From IMG/VR virus record IMGVR_UViG_3300027782_000036: a stretch of DNA of 64,000 nt. One strand, written 5' to 3'. Below, piece after piece: positions 25,966 through 36,866 of this stretch. Every line of letters begins with the position of its first letter. Within the stretch, counting starts at the first letter, position 1. A program made the position numbers and the translations under genes. Below the pieces are notes generated by a model, which saw nothing but the letters and a program-made list of their open reading frames with translations, had not been told where the DNA came from and made no database searches. The stretch is from a virus.

Positions 25966-27030
25966 ATGGCAGAAATTGGTGCAGATTTTCGTGGTGGTTA
26001 CTACGGTGAACAAATAGAATCTAGTGGTGGTGGATATGATCCATTGGCAGCCAATCCAAATGGACCATTAGCAAGTCTGTTTGCAAACGGTTATGATTTT
26101 TCTAGTCGTTTTTATCCTAGAAATTTAGGTTCAGAAACTAGAGGTCATTATATTAATTTTTATATAAATGTGGCAGAAAAATCACAATATCTTTCAGAAG
26201 GAAGATATACATTAGCTGGTGGTGCAGGTCGAACCGCAACGAATCAAGCAAATCAAGCTCAAGTGTTAGGTGCTGGTGTTGCTGGTACTGGTACTGCTGG
26301 TAATATTGTAAGTGAAATACAATCAGCAGTTACCACAAGAAAAACAAAACGAATTACCCAAGCTATTGCTTTATATATGCCTGATACTTTAAACGTCCAA
26401 TACAATGCTTCATGGCAAAGTGAGAGTTTAACAGATGCATTAGGTAAATATGTTGCCATGGGGCAGCAAGCTGCTTCAGCTGTAGATTCGTATCAAAAAG
26501 GCAAAGGTGCATCAGGCACAATTAAAAGTTTGGCACAAGACCCTGGTGTTGCTGAAGCTTTAGGCACAGCAACAGAAGGTAATATTTTAGGTTCAGGTGC
26601 AACAAGTTTCTTGTTATATGCGGGTGGTAATGCATTGAACCCACAATTACAAGTTTTATTTAAAGGTACTGATATGCGTCAGTTCCAATTTGATTTCTTA
26701 TTTGCACCATTTAGTCCTGATGAAGCAAAGAATGTTATGGAAATTATTAAAACATTTAAATTTCATCAGGCGCCTGAAGTTAATTCATCAGGTATGGGTA
26801 GATACTTTATTCCACCATCAGAATTTGATATCGACTTTTTACTTAATGGTCAAATCAATACTAAAGTGCATCAAATTGGTACCTGTGTATTGACAAATCT
26901 AAACGTTGATTATGCACCAAATGGTTGGTCAACATTTAGTGACGGAACACCAACACATATTAAATTAACATTACAATTTATGGAAACAGAAATCGTCACA
27001 AAAGAACGAGTTGATAAGGATAATTATTAA
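25966..27030 (+). CDS. gp48: Baseplate tail-tube cap
   Basis: IALYMP, NPQLQVLFKG..MRQFQFDF.F.P.S..EA, CVLTNL.VDY.P. Confidence 0.88.
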   Translation: MAEIGADFRGGYYGEQIESSGGGYDPLAANPNGPLASLFANGYDFSSRFYPRNLGSETRGHYINFYINVAEKSQYLSEGRYTLAGGAGRTATNQANQAQVLGAGVAGTGTAGNIVSEIQSAVTTRKTKRITQAIALYMPDTLNVQYNASWQSESLTDALGKYVAMGQQAASAVDSYQKGKGASGTIKSLAQDPGVAEALGTATEGNILGSGATSFLLYAGGNALNPQLQVLFKGTDMRQFQFDFLFAPFSPDEAKNVMEIIKTFKFHQAPEVNSSGMGRYFIPPSEFDIDFLLNGQINTKVHQIGTCVLTNLNVDYAPNGWSTFSDGTPTHIKLTLQFMETEIVTKERVDKDNY

Positions 27031-27638
27031 TGTCAAAATATTTCAGTAAGTTTCCTAAATTAATTTACACCAGACAGGGTGTATCTAATTTAGCAACAGA
27101 TATATTAACAAGAATAAACACCATCAAAGGTGTATTAGATAACACTTCTTTATTTTACACATATAGTATTCAAGAAGGTGATACACCAGAAATGATTGCA
27201 TCGAAGTATTATGGTGATTCTGAATTGCATTGGATTGTATTAATCTTTAATGAAATTATCGATCCATTTTATGATTGGCCTATGCACTATCGTCAATTCA
27301 TCATTTTCCTAACAGATAAGTATGGTTCACCAGCAACGGCACAAATGACTAATCATCATTATGAAAAAATTATAACATCTATTGATGGGTATACCGGTAA
27401 AGTGACCACTGATGTTTATCAAATTGATTTAGATTCATATAATCATATACCAGCAGAACCAACCACAGAAACTAGAGTTTTAAATAATCAAACTATAACT
27501 GTCACAACAAGTAGACGATCTATATCATGTTATGATTATGAAAATGAATTAAATGAATCTAAACGAGTAATTAAATTAATTAAAAATAATCTAGTTCCAG
27601 ACATAAAAAATCAATTTGAAATCTTAATGAGTGCATAA
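27030..27638 (+). CDS. gp53: Baseplate wedge subunit
   Basis: YFSKFP, GDTPEMIA.KYYGD..LHWIVL..N.I.DP..DWP, YE..LNESKR.I. Confidence 0.92.
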   Translation: MSKYFSKFPKLIYTRQGVSNLATDILTRINTIKGVLDNTSLFYTYSIQEGDTPEMIASKYYGDSELHWIVLIFNEIIDPFYDWPMHYRQFIIFLTDKYGSPATAQMTNHHYEKIITSIDGYTGKVTTDVYQIDLDSYNHIPAEPTTETRVLNNQTITVTTSRRSISCYDYENELNESKRVIKLIKNNLVPDIKNQFEILMSA

Positions 27639-29005
27639 TGGCTGACGGTTTAGTATTTCCACAGGATTTTACCCTAGAATCTTGCAAAATCATAACATCT
27701 CAAGGTAACCCTTTTGAGTTTAGATTTATGATGATTGAGTTAAATTACTTCGAAGATTTGTATAATAATACAATTTCTGGTAATATGTTTATCAATGATT
27801 CTAGTGGATTCCTATCATTATTGGGTTTTAATGGTAATGAATTTCTTTCAATTAAATTTGGTAAACCAGGTTCAGATGATAAAATTGATCGTGTTTTTAG
27901 AATATTTAAAGTATCTGATAGAAGAATGGTTAAAGATGGTAATGAGAATTATATTTTACATTTTACCTCAGAAGAAACAATTCTTTCAGAACAATATAAA
28001 GTAAGTAAATCATATCAGAATAAAAAAGTATCTGAAATTGTTATTGATGTTATGAATAACGATTTGCAGGTTGATCCTAAGAAATTTTTAACAACAAATG
28101 TTGAAGAAACAAGTGACACAAGAGATATAGTTTTACCTTTATTATCACCATTTGAGGCTATTAATTGGTTAGCAACACAGGCAATTTCTAAAACACCACA
28201 AACTCAAGGTTCACCATATTTGTTTTATGAAAACTATTATGGTTATAATTTTAAATCTTTACAATCATTGTTTGATTCACCAGTTTATGGCATATACAAA
28301 TATGAACCCAAGAATTTAACGATGCCTGATGATGCTCGTGTTCAAGACATGAGTTTAGAACTTAAAAATATTCTTGTGTATGAAATGGTAAATAATTTTG
28401 ATACACTTAATTTGATTGATTCTGGCGCTTTTGCAAATAAACTTATTGCTATTGATACTATTCGTTCAACTTATTCAACAACTGTTTTTGATTATGATAC
28501 TTATTTTAAAAATGCTAAAAAATTAAACACCTATGGAATTTTATCAAATTATAAAAACAGAAGAGGTGATGCGGCTAATACTACGTATGATGGTGTATTA
28601 AAGACTGTTACAACTAATACCGGACAATCTATAAAAAGTTCATATATTCAATCACATTATCCAGGTGTTAAAGATATTAATATTGAAACTCGTATACCAC
28701 ATAGAACAGCACAATTTGCACAAATTAATGCCATCAAATACAGAATAACTATTCCAGGCGATCCAAAAATGACTGTCGGTAATGTTATTGAAATGCAAAT
28801 ACCTGATATGATGGTCAATGATAAAGGTGGCCGAGATAAGGATAAGTATTACACAGGTAAATATTTGGTAACTGCTACTCGTCATAAAATTGACCAAGAA
28901 AACAAATATGTAACTCTTATCGAATTGAGTAAAGAAAGTATACCAAATGCTTATGATGCAATTGACAATGAATCACCAGCGTGGAAAGAGATTAAAGGTA
29001 AATAA
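27638..29005 (+). CDS. Baseplate hub protein (gp27-like)
   Basis: EDLY...ISG...I.DS, YLFYEN..G.NFKS, IPGD....G, TGKYLVTA.RH; lies between genes 53 and 5. Confidence 0.75.
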   Translation: MADGLVFPQDFTLESCKIITSQGNPFEFRFMMIELNYFEDLYNNTISGNMFINDSSGFLSLLGFNGNEFLSIKFGKPGSDDKIDRVFRIFKVSDRRMVKDGNENYILHFTSEETILSEQYKVSKSYQNKKVSEIVIDVMNNDLQVDPKKFLTTNVEETSDTRDIVLPLLSPFEAINWLATQAISKTPQTQGSPYLFYENYYGYNFKSLQSLFDSPVYGIYKYEPKNLTMPDDARVQDMSLELKNILVYEMVNNFDTLNLIDSGAFANKLIAIDTIRSTYSTTVFDYDTYFKNAKKLNTYGILSNYKNRRGDAANTTYDGVLKTVTTNTGQSIKSSYIQSHYPGVKDINIETRIPHRTAQFAQINAIKYRITIPGDPKMTVGNVIEMQIPDMMVNDKGGRDKDKYYTGKYLVTATRHKIDQENKYVTLIELSKESIPNAYDAIDNESPAWKEIKGK

Positions 29006-30888
29006 TGGCACAAGAAAATAATTTCATGGGATTAAATGGGTTTGTGTGGTTCTTTGGTGTGGTGGAGAACCGTGATGATCCATTAAAACTTGGTAGAGTT
29101 CAAGCTCGAATATTTGGTTGGCATACAGATAATAAGATGAAAATACCAACTACCGATTTACCATGGGCTCAACCTGCTTTTCCACCAAATTCATCAAATC
29201 TAACATCAGCACCAAAAGAAGGTGATATGATCTTTGGATTTTTTACTGATGGTGATGCAGCACAATTTCCAATATTTTTAGGTGTTTTACCAGGCATTCC
29301 AGATTTCACCCCAGCAGAAGGAACAGGTTTTTCTGATGCAAGAGTTCAAGAAAACTTGGATGGCGCTCCTACGAAACCCTATGCTCGTTCCATATACAAT
29401 AATGGCGTAAAACTCAAGTCATATTCAAAAACTAGATATCCAAGAGATTTAAATCAACCTACCACTTCTAGACTTGCCAGAAATGAAGATACTGCAAATA
29501 CCGTTTATCAATTCAGAAAAGATAATTGGATAACTGCCGAATCTACCAATGGTTCTAAATGGAAAGAACCATTTCCGTCATATAATGCACAATATCCTTT
29601 TGATAATGTATTAGAATCTGAATCTGGCCACATTTTTGAATTGGATGATTCAGCGGCTAATGAACGTGTGATGATTGCACATAGAACGGGCACCACTTCT
29701 GAAATGTATCCATCAGGTACCAAATTGGATAAAGTTGTTAAGGATAATTATACAATTGTTCACGGATCAGATTTTTGTTATGTGAATGGTAAAGTTGAAT
29801 TAACTGTGGAAAATGTGGCCAAAATAAGAATCAAAGGTAACACCACTATAGAAATTGATGGTAATGTTAATTGGAAAGTTGGTGGTGACATGAACTTATC
29901 AGTTGGTGGTAATTTAAATCTCAAGACGGCAGGTAACATGACTTCACAAGTGTCAGGTAACTATGCTGAGGTTGTAGGTTCTCGTAACGAGATGTCATTA
30001 GGTGACACATCAATTAGATATAATACTGATTTACATACTTGGGTTGGTGGTGATACATATACTAGAAAACAATCAGGTAGAACAGACTTTGGATGTCCAT
30101 CAGATACTAGAAGTGGAGGTTCTGATTGTGGTGATGTTGCATATCCAACAACTGCAAATTTAGGTTCACCAAATCCATACAATAATCCGGATGAAGTTCA
30201 ACCTACACCTGAAGTTGTTAGAACAGTTATCTATAATGGTCAAGTTGATGCCAACACGGCCGCTGCACCATTAACTGAAGCTTATGCAAGGCCTGTAGCA
30301 CCAACAGTTACACCTGAAGTTGCTAATGTGGCATCAGCTAATGTAGTTTCAACAGGATGCTTTACGTTTGAAATGGTTAAAGTAACTGCAAGTGTTAAAG
30401 ATGCTGAAGTGCAACAAATTACAGATGCTCTTAACAAAGCTTGTGAACCGTATAATATTAATACCAAATTACGTAAAGCTCATCTATTAGCTCAAATGTC
30501 ACATGAATCTGGTGGTTTTAAATACAAGAAAGAGATTTGGGGTCCAACAGCCGTTCAGAATAGTTATGAAGGTCGGGCCGGTCTTGGTAACAATCAACCA
30601 GGAGATGGTGAGAAATTTCAAGGTCGTGGATATATTCAAGTGACTGGTCGAGCAAACTATACCAATTTTGCCAATTTTGTTAAGTTGTCACTTGATGATA
30701 CAATTAAGTATTTAGAAACAATTGAAGGTGCGGTGATGAGTGCTGTTTGGTATTGGAATACTAGAGGTCTTAACAAATATGCTGATCAAGATGACATTAA
30801 ACAAATCACTAAACGTGTGAATGGTGGTTACAATGGACTTGATGATCGTATTGCTAGATATAATAAAATCTTACCTTTATCAACATAA
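29005..30888 (+). CDS. gp5: Baseplate central spike with a C-terminal GH19 (chitinase/lysozyme-like) domain
   Basis: OB-fold WFFGVVENRDDPLKLGRV, ESESGH..ELDD, V.G beta-helix repeats; AQMSHESGG, GRGYIQVTGRANY, NGGYNGLDDR. Confidence 0.92.
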   Translation: MAQENNFMGLNGFVWFFGVVENRDDPLKLGRVQARIFGWHTDNKMKIPTTDLPWAQPAFPPNSSNLTSAPKEGDMIFGFFTDGDAAQFPIFLGVLPGIPDFTPAEGTGFSDARVQENLDGAPTKPYARSIYNNGVKLKSYSKTRYPRDLNQPTTSRLARNEDTANTVYQFRKDNWITAESTNGSKWKEPFPSYNAQYPFDNVLESESGHIFELDDSAANERVMIAHRTGTTSEMYPSGTKLDKVVKDNYTIVHGSDFCYVNGKVELTVENVAKIRIKGNTTIEIDGNVNWKVGGDMNLSVGGNLNLKTAGNMTSQVSGNYAEVVGSRNEMSLGDTSIRYNTDLHTWVGGDTYTRKQSGRTDFGCPSDTRSGGSDCGDVAYPTTANLGSPNPYNNPDEVQPTPEVVRTVIYNGQVDANTAAAPLTEAYARPVAPTVTPEVANVASANVVSTGCFTFEMVKVTASVKDAEVQQITDALNKACEPYNINTKLRKAHLLAQMSHESGGFKYKKEIWGPTAVQNSYEGRAGLGNNQPGDGEKFQGRGYIQVTGRANYTNFANFVKLSLDDTIKYLETIEGAVMSAVWYWNTRGLNKYADQDDIKQITKRVNGGYNGLDDRIARYNKILPLST

Positions 30889-30895
30889 ATAGTAT

Positions 30896-31291
30896 ATGGC
30901 TTCCACAATACAAAATAGATATTCAGATTTAGACCTCACTTTTACTATGCATCCTGTAAAAAAGGACATAGTGTTGAGTGTTGATGACCAAGCTATTGCT
31001 CGTTCAGTTCGCAATCTCATATTAACAAACCACTACGAAAGGCCATTTCATCCAGAAATTGGTTCTAATGTTCGTAAAATGTTATTTGATCCTATTTCAC
31101 CACTTACTGCAAATTATTTGCAAAGGGAAATAGAAGATACTATTAAAAACTATGAACCAAGAGTAAAACTTCAACAAGTTATTGTTCAAGTAGAGCCTGA
31201 TAGTAATAGTTATTCGGCAATTATAAGTTATTATATCAACAATAGAACACAACCATCCACATTAAATTTGGTTTTACAAAGGTTAAGATAA
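30896..31291 (+). CDS. gp25: Baseplate wedge subunit
   Basis: YSDLDL.F..HP, SVRNLILTN.YERPF.P, YEPRV. Confidence 0.95.
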   Translation: MASTIQNRYSDLDLTFTMHPVKKDIVLSVDDQAIARSVRNLILTNHYERPFHPEIGSNVRKMLFDPISPLTANYLQREIEDTIKNYEPRVKLQQVIVQVEPDSNSYSAIISYYINNRTQPSTLNLVLQRLR

Positions 31292-31292
31292 T

Positions 31293-33365
31293 ATGGCAAC
31301 CGCAAATTCAAACATTCAGATATCAGATTTAGATTTTGATGCAATCAAGACTAATCTAAAAACGTTTTTACGATCACAAGATAAATTTAAAGACTATGAT
31401 TTTGAAGGTTCGGCTTTATCTAATCTATTAGATTTATTAGCTTACAATACACATTACAATTCATACTATCTAAACATGGTAGCTAATGAAATGTTTTTAG
31501 ATACAGCCGCTCTCAGAAGTTCAGCAGTTTCTCATGCCAAATTATTAAATTATACTCCTAAATCTGCAATAGCACCAACAGCCACTGTTAATCTTTCTGT
31601 TTCTGGTTTAACGACCACATCATTAACACTTCCTAAATTTACAGCGTTTTCATCAGAAGCCATTGATGGTGTGAACTATAGATTTATTACAAAAGATGCT
31701 AATACACAAAACGTTTCTGGTGGTGTTGCACAATTTATGGGCTTAGAAATTATTCAAGGCGAACCAATTTCTTTAACATTAACTTATTCCAGTTTATCAA
31801 ATCCAAAAGCTTTATTTTCTTTACCTGATTCTAATATTGATACTTCAACACTTATTGTTCAGGTTCAAAAATCTTCTATTGATACAACACTCGAATCTTA
31901 TAAATTAGCTACCGATGTTTTAAATGTAAATGAAAGATCAACCGTTTATTTCTTACAAGAAGGTTTAAATGGTAATTATGAAATATATTTTGGTGATGGA
32001 GTGTTGGGTAAACAATTGACAGATGGCAATATTGTTAGAGTTTCTTATGTTGTAACTAAAGGTAGTAGTTCTCTTGGTGCAAACAATTTTGTGTTGTTAG
32101 ATACAATTAGTGGTAGTGGTGTACCAACAATCTATCCGCTGACAGGTGCGACAAACGGTTCAGATAAAGAATCAATCGACTCAATTAAATATACTGCACC
32201 TAAAGCTTATTCAGCACAAGGTCGTGCAGTAACAATTGAAGATTATATTTCTGTTTTACAAAATAACAAAATTGGACTTACATTTGATTCTGTGAATGTA
32301 TGGGGTGGCGTTGATTATACTACTCCAGCATTTGGTCAAGTATTCATTTCATTAAAACCAAGTGGTGCTTATAATATTACTGATACACAAAAACAAAGAT
32401 TAATTAATGATGTATTGAAACCTGTTTCTGTGGTTACAGTTACACCAACTATTATTGATCCAGATTATACATATCTAAAAGTAACAGCGGATGTTGTATA
32501 CGAACAAAAGAATACTAGTTTAACATCAGCGCAAATTCATGAAAATGTAAAAACGGCTGTTAGAAATTTTAGTAATGCTTCATTGAATACATTTAATTCA
32601 TTATTTGATATGTCTGATTTATCAGCTGCAATTAAAGATGTTGATTCTTCTATTATTGCAACACAAGTTGATATTAAAGTTCAGAAAAAGTTTTACCCTA
32701 TTTTAGGCATACATAAAAATTATATACTTAATTATGGTGTGGCATTAGAAAGAGGAGTATTTACTGCTGGTATTGTATCTTATCCAACTATTAAATATTA
32801 TACAGATAATGGAGAATTAACGTTAATTAATGATGTATATCTTGAAGAAGTTCCTTTCCCTTCATCTGGTGTTGAATCTATTAATATATTAAACATTGGT
32901 TTTGGTTATACTGAAAATCCAATAATTATTATTACTGGTGATGGTGAAGGTGCTACCGCTACTGCATCTGTGGTTAATGGAAGTATTTCTAAAATTAATG
33001 TCACAAATTCAGGCAATAACTATACACAAGCTATTGTTACTATCCAAAATTCTCCTACAGATACAAATGGTAACTCAGGTTCAGCGTATGCTGTTTTAAA
33101 AGGTCAATATGGTAAATTAAGAAGTTATTATTATGATTTTAATAATAAGAAAACTATTTTAAATGATAATCTTGCTACTGTTGATTATTATAATGGAATT
33201 GTAACTTTTATTAATTTTAATCCTAACGATATAAATGATCCTTTAGGACAATTAACTATAACTGCAACACCAAAAATAACTATTATTGAATCTACAAAAA
33301 ATAGAATTGTTTCTATCGATGAGTTTGATCCTAATGCCGTTGTCGTAAATGTAACTGCAAAGTAA
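31293..33365 (+). CDS. gp6: Baseplate wedge subunit
   Basis: LDFDAIK.NLK, DYDFEGS.LS.LLD.LAYNTHYN, YEIYFGDG, Q.RAVT..DY. Confidence 0.95.
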   Translation: MATANSNIQISDLDFDAIKTNLKTFLRSQDKFKDYDFEGSALSNLLDLLAYNTHYNSYYLNMVANEMFLDTAALRSSAVSHAKLLNYTPKSAIAPTATVNLSVSGLTTTSLTLPKFTAFSSEAIDGVNYRFITKDANTQNVSGGVAQFMGLEIIQGEPISLTLTYSSLSNPKALFSLPDSNIDTSTLIVQVQKSSIDTTLESYKLATDVLNVNERSTVYFLQEGLNGNYEIYFGDGVLGKQLTDGNIVRVSYVVTKGSSSLGANNFVLLDTISGSGVPTIYPLTGATNGSDKESIDSIKYTAPKAYSAQGRAVTIEDYISVLQNNKIGLTFDSVNVWGGVDYTTPAFGQVFISLKPSGAYNITDTQKQRLINDVLKPVSVVTVTPTIIDPDYTYLKVTADVVYEQKNTSLTSAQIHENVKTAVRNFSNASLNTFNSLFDMSDLSAAIKDVDSSIIATQVDIKVQKKFYPILGIHKNYILNYGVALERGVFTAGIVSYPTIKYYTDNGELTLINDVYLEEVPFPSSGVESINILNIGFGYTENPIIIITGDGEGATATASVVNGSISKINVTNSGNNYTQAIVTIQNSPTDTNGNSGSAYAVLKGQYGKLRSYYYDFNNKKTILNDNLATVDYYNGIVTFINFNPNDINDPLGQLTITATPKITIIESTKNRIVSIDEFDPNAVVVNVTAK

Positions 33366-33366
33366 A

Positions 33367-36300
33367 ATGATACCAAATAATTATAAAACATCATTAAGAA
33401 TACCATCTCAACTTCCCGAATTTGTTCGGGACGATGTGAACTATGAAACCTTTGTTTCATTTGTTGAGGCATATTATGAATGGTTAGAATTAGCTAATAC
33501 AGCAAACGCCAATACTACTATAGCATCAACTTCAGGTGAAGGTGTTACTTACGCCTCTAAAAACTTATCAAACTATTCTGATGTAGATTCTACACTTGAT
33601 GGGTTTTTAAAATATTACATAAATGATTTTCTACCATACTTCCCAGAAGATGCTTTAGCAGATAAAACTAAAGTATTAAAAATAGCAAAACAATTATATC
33701 AAGCCAAAGGCACGCCGGCTTCTTTTAGACTATTATTCAGATTGTTGTATAATTCAAGTGCTGAAATACTAATGACAGGTGATTTAGTGTTTCGTGCTTC
33801 TGCTGGTGATTGGTACGTTCCTAAATATTTAAAAATTAGAGGAGACATTTCACTCTGGCTTACTGCTGGCATGGAAAGTTACAGAGTATTTGGTTTAAGA
33901 TCAAAATCATTTGCTACTATTGAGAAGGTTTTATTAGATGGTACAAAATGTAATGTTTATATTTCAAATATTCAGAGATTGTTTGAATCTGGAGAAGATG
34001 TAATTGTTGTTGATTCAAATAATCAAACCGTATATGTTAAAGATGGTGAAATTTTAAATAATCCGGTTGTTGGATCAGAAACCGTTACAGGTAAAGTTGT
34101 AGGTGCTTTATCATCTATTAGCATTAATCCTAAATTTAGAGGACTAACCTATAATGTTGGTGATCCTGTTGTTGTATATGGTGGATTATCATCTAATACT
34201 TTACCTAGTGCAACCGCTGAGATTTCAGAAGTCACAAAAGGTTCTATACAAAGAATTAATGTGTTAGACGGTGGTTTTGGTTATATTCCAGGTGAAGCTA
34301 CTATTAATTTTGCTACTTTTTCAAATACAACTATTAATTTTTTAAATAATGGTGGCGCTCTTGCACATGTTGGTACGTTTGATACAACTCCTGGTTCCAA
34401 TTCTACAATCAGTTCTGTTATCACCGATAGAATATCAGTAAAACAAAATATCATATTATCAAATTCTAATTACTTTTTCTCAAATAGTAACACAACATCA
34501 TCTGTAAATACAAATACAAGATTGGTCGATGCCTTTAGTTATTATGAAACAATAGGTTATCCTATAGATACCGTTATTGTAGATAATGGTGGTGGTGGTT
34601 TTTCACAATTACCTATAGCTATAGCTAAATCACATTTTTATGATGTTGATACTGGTGGTATTCATAATTTAGATAATTTTGGTCAATTAGCACCTATTGA
34701 AATTATACATCCAGGTTTAGGTTATAAAGTTAATGATAGAATAACTATTGACGGTGGCCGAGGATGGGGCGCTACAGCTAATGTTAAAACTGTAGATGCT
34801 AGTGGTTCAATTACATCAGTTGAATATGTTCGATACGAAGAATTTGACAAAATTTATCCAATAGGTGGAATGGGATATCAACCTGAAGATATTTTAGGTG
34901 AAGGTTTATCACCTCAATTATCTTGTAGTGTAAGTTCAAATGTTGCCGTGAGTTCTATTTCTCAAGGTGATTTTGATTTATGGGAAATTGTATTTCAATC
35001 TCCAGATTATACAATAGCTAATGCTACTTTTGGTGGTATCGTAAATGGAATTGACACAACGAAGAAAGCATTAAAAATATACAACGTTCAAGGAACTTTA
35101 GACAATACTTATCCTATTATTGGTGTCAATAATGGAAATACCGTTATGGCTACATCTAATTCAGTATCAGGTATTGCCGCTGAATTATTTGTTCCTGGCA
35201 TATTAGGTTATGGTGCTGAGTTTCAATTAACAACTGATCGAATTGGTTCTGTCACTAAAATTAAAATTACTGATGCTGGTGAAGATTATATTTCAAACCC
35301 ACAAATATCTTTACGAGTTCAAGATTTGTGTGTAACAGGTGTTAATGGTATTGAATATATAACTCCTGGTTCATTAATATTTCAAGGTCAAGATGCTAAC
35401 AATTCTACTTATGTTTCATATGTGGATAGAATTACTCCTATAGATGATTTAGGGGCTGTGGTTAATAACACTTATAATTTGAGAGTTTACAATTACACTA
35501 CCACTCCATCATTATATGATCCAACTAATTCAGCTAATACTATAATACAAGTTGGTGGTTTAGTTGATGCTAGTGCAAACATGATTTTAACAATCACAAA
35601 AGATGTAAGTTTAGGTTATTCAAATGGCGTAAAAAAATATGGTGATGGTAATGCTCGTGCCTCTTCTAAATTCTTAAATGGTCTAATATTTGGCCAAGGT
35701 ATCTACTTAGATACTAAAGGTCAACCAAGTTCATTTTCAGTATTACAAAGTAGAAACTATAACGATTATACTTATGTATTATCAGTAGAACAACCCATTT
35801 CAAAATATAGACAGATACTCAAAAACTTATTACATCCGGCTGGTATGAAAGTTATTGGCCGTGATTTATTAAATAGTCAAAAAGCGTTTGGTGTTAAACA
35901 TGATTCAGGAACATCATTAATCAAACCATTGCAATATTGGGCTAATTGGCCAGTGGGTAATCCATATGCTCGTGTGACTATGAATGTATCTGGTATTATT
36001 GCTAACTCCATGATTAAAATTGTTTCTGGTGGTACAGGATATTCACCAAGCACAACCGTATCAATTAATGCTATTGATGGTCGTGGTACGGGTGCAACCG
36101 CAGTTGCTAATATTGCCAACGGCGCAATTGTGTCTATTGATGTTACTGCACCAGGTAAAGATTATATTCTTAATCCGGTTATTACTATTTCTGATCCAAC
36201 AACTCGTGGTGGTAATTCAAATGCTTCGGTAACTGTTTCTGTGGATTTATCATCCAATGTGATGATTATCCAAAACATGAATGGTGGTGGTCTCGAACCA

Positions 36301-36849
36301 GTAACTCAAAATACACATTGGATTACTGTATATCCAGAACAAACTGGTGGTAATTGTAAAGTTTATTCTACCACAAAAGAATATGATGACGCAAATTCTA
36401 TTATTATTTTAGAAGATGATACCTTCTTAACGTTCCCTAATATCATTTATGGCCATGCTAATACCAATAATGTAGCTATCAATATTGCTGAATTTAGTGT
36501 GGCAAATACTCCTGTTTATGATATTATTAATAATGGCGAATATAGTAACACTAAAAATCATTTAGTAGATATAATCTATCCTGGTGATAATCTGACCGTG
36601 GCTGGTAATACTTACGTTATTCAGGCTGTTGATTATTACGCACATCTGATTTATATTTTAAATAATCAAGCTGTATTAGATACTCAAGACGGAAATCAAA
36701 TATTGACGGAAGATGGTGTTCCAGGTAACTCCAATAACATAATTGTTGGCGCTTATACATTATCTTTTGGAACTCTAGAAAATCCTGTTCCAATGACGAT
36801 AAATAGAAGTATATCTACGGGTAACGTATTCATTAAAGCATTAATATAA
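33367..36849 (+). CDS. gp7: Baseplate wedge initiator
   Basis: QLPEFV, F..AYYEWLE, Y.AKGT..S...LFRLLY, LLHPAG; G.GY repeats. Confidence 0.8.
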   Translation: MIPNNYKTSLRIPSQLPEFVRDDVNYETFVSFVEAYYEWLELANTANANTTIASTSGEGVTYASKNLSNYSDVDSTLDGFLKYYINDFLPYFPEDALADKTKVLKIAKQLYQAKGTPASFRLLFRLLYNSSAEILMTGDLVFRASAGDWYVPKYLKIRGDISLWLTAGMESYRVFGLRSKSFATIEKVLLDGTKCNVYISNIQRLFESGEDVIVVDSNNQTVYVKDGEILNNPVVGSETVTGKVVGALSSISINPKFRGLTYNVGDPVVVYGGLSSNTLPSATAEISEVTKGSIQRINVLDGGFGYIPGEATINFATFSNTTINFLNNGGALAHVGTFDTTPGSNSTISSVITDRISVKQNIILSNSNYFFSNSNTTSSVNTNTRLVDAFSYYETIGYPIDTVIVDNGGGGFSQLPIAIAKSHFYDVDTGGIHNLDNFGQLAPIEIIHPGLGYKVNDRITIDGGRGWGATANVKTVDASGSITSVEYVRYEEFDKIYPIGGMGYQPEDILGEGLSPQLSCSVSSNVAVSSISQGDFDLWEIVFQSPDYTIANATFGGIVNGIDTTKKALKIYNVQGTLDNTYPIIGVNNGNTVMATSNSVSGIAAELFVPGILGYGAEFQLTTDRIGSVTKIKITDAGEDYISNPQISLRVQDLCVTGVNGIEYITPGSLIFQGQDANNSTYVSYVDRITPIDDLGAVVNNTYNLRVYNYTTTPSLYDPTNSANTIIQVGGLVDASANMILTITKDVSLGYSNGVKKYGDGNARASSKFLNGLIFGQGIYLDTKGQPSSFSVLQSRNYNDYTYVLSVEQPISKYRQILKNLLHPAGMKVIGRDLLNSQKAFGVKHDSGTSLIKPLQYWANWPVGNPYARVTMNVSGIIANSMIKIVSGGTGYSPSTTVSINAIDGRGTGATAVANIANGAIVSIDVTAPGKDYILNPVITISDPTTRGGNSNASVTVSVDLSSNVMIIQNMNGGGLEPVTQNTHWITVYPEQTGGNCKVYSTTKEYDDANSIIILEDDTFLTFPNIIYGHANTNNVAINIAEFSVANTPVYDIINNGEYSNTKNHLVDIIYPGDNLTVAGNTYVIQAVDYYAHLIYILNNQAVLDTQDGNQILTEDGVPGNSNNIIVGAYTLSFGTLENPVPMTINRSISTGNVFIKALI

Positions 36850-36866
36850 GAAATATAGGACTTTAA

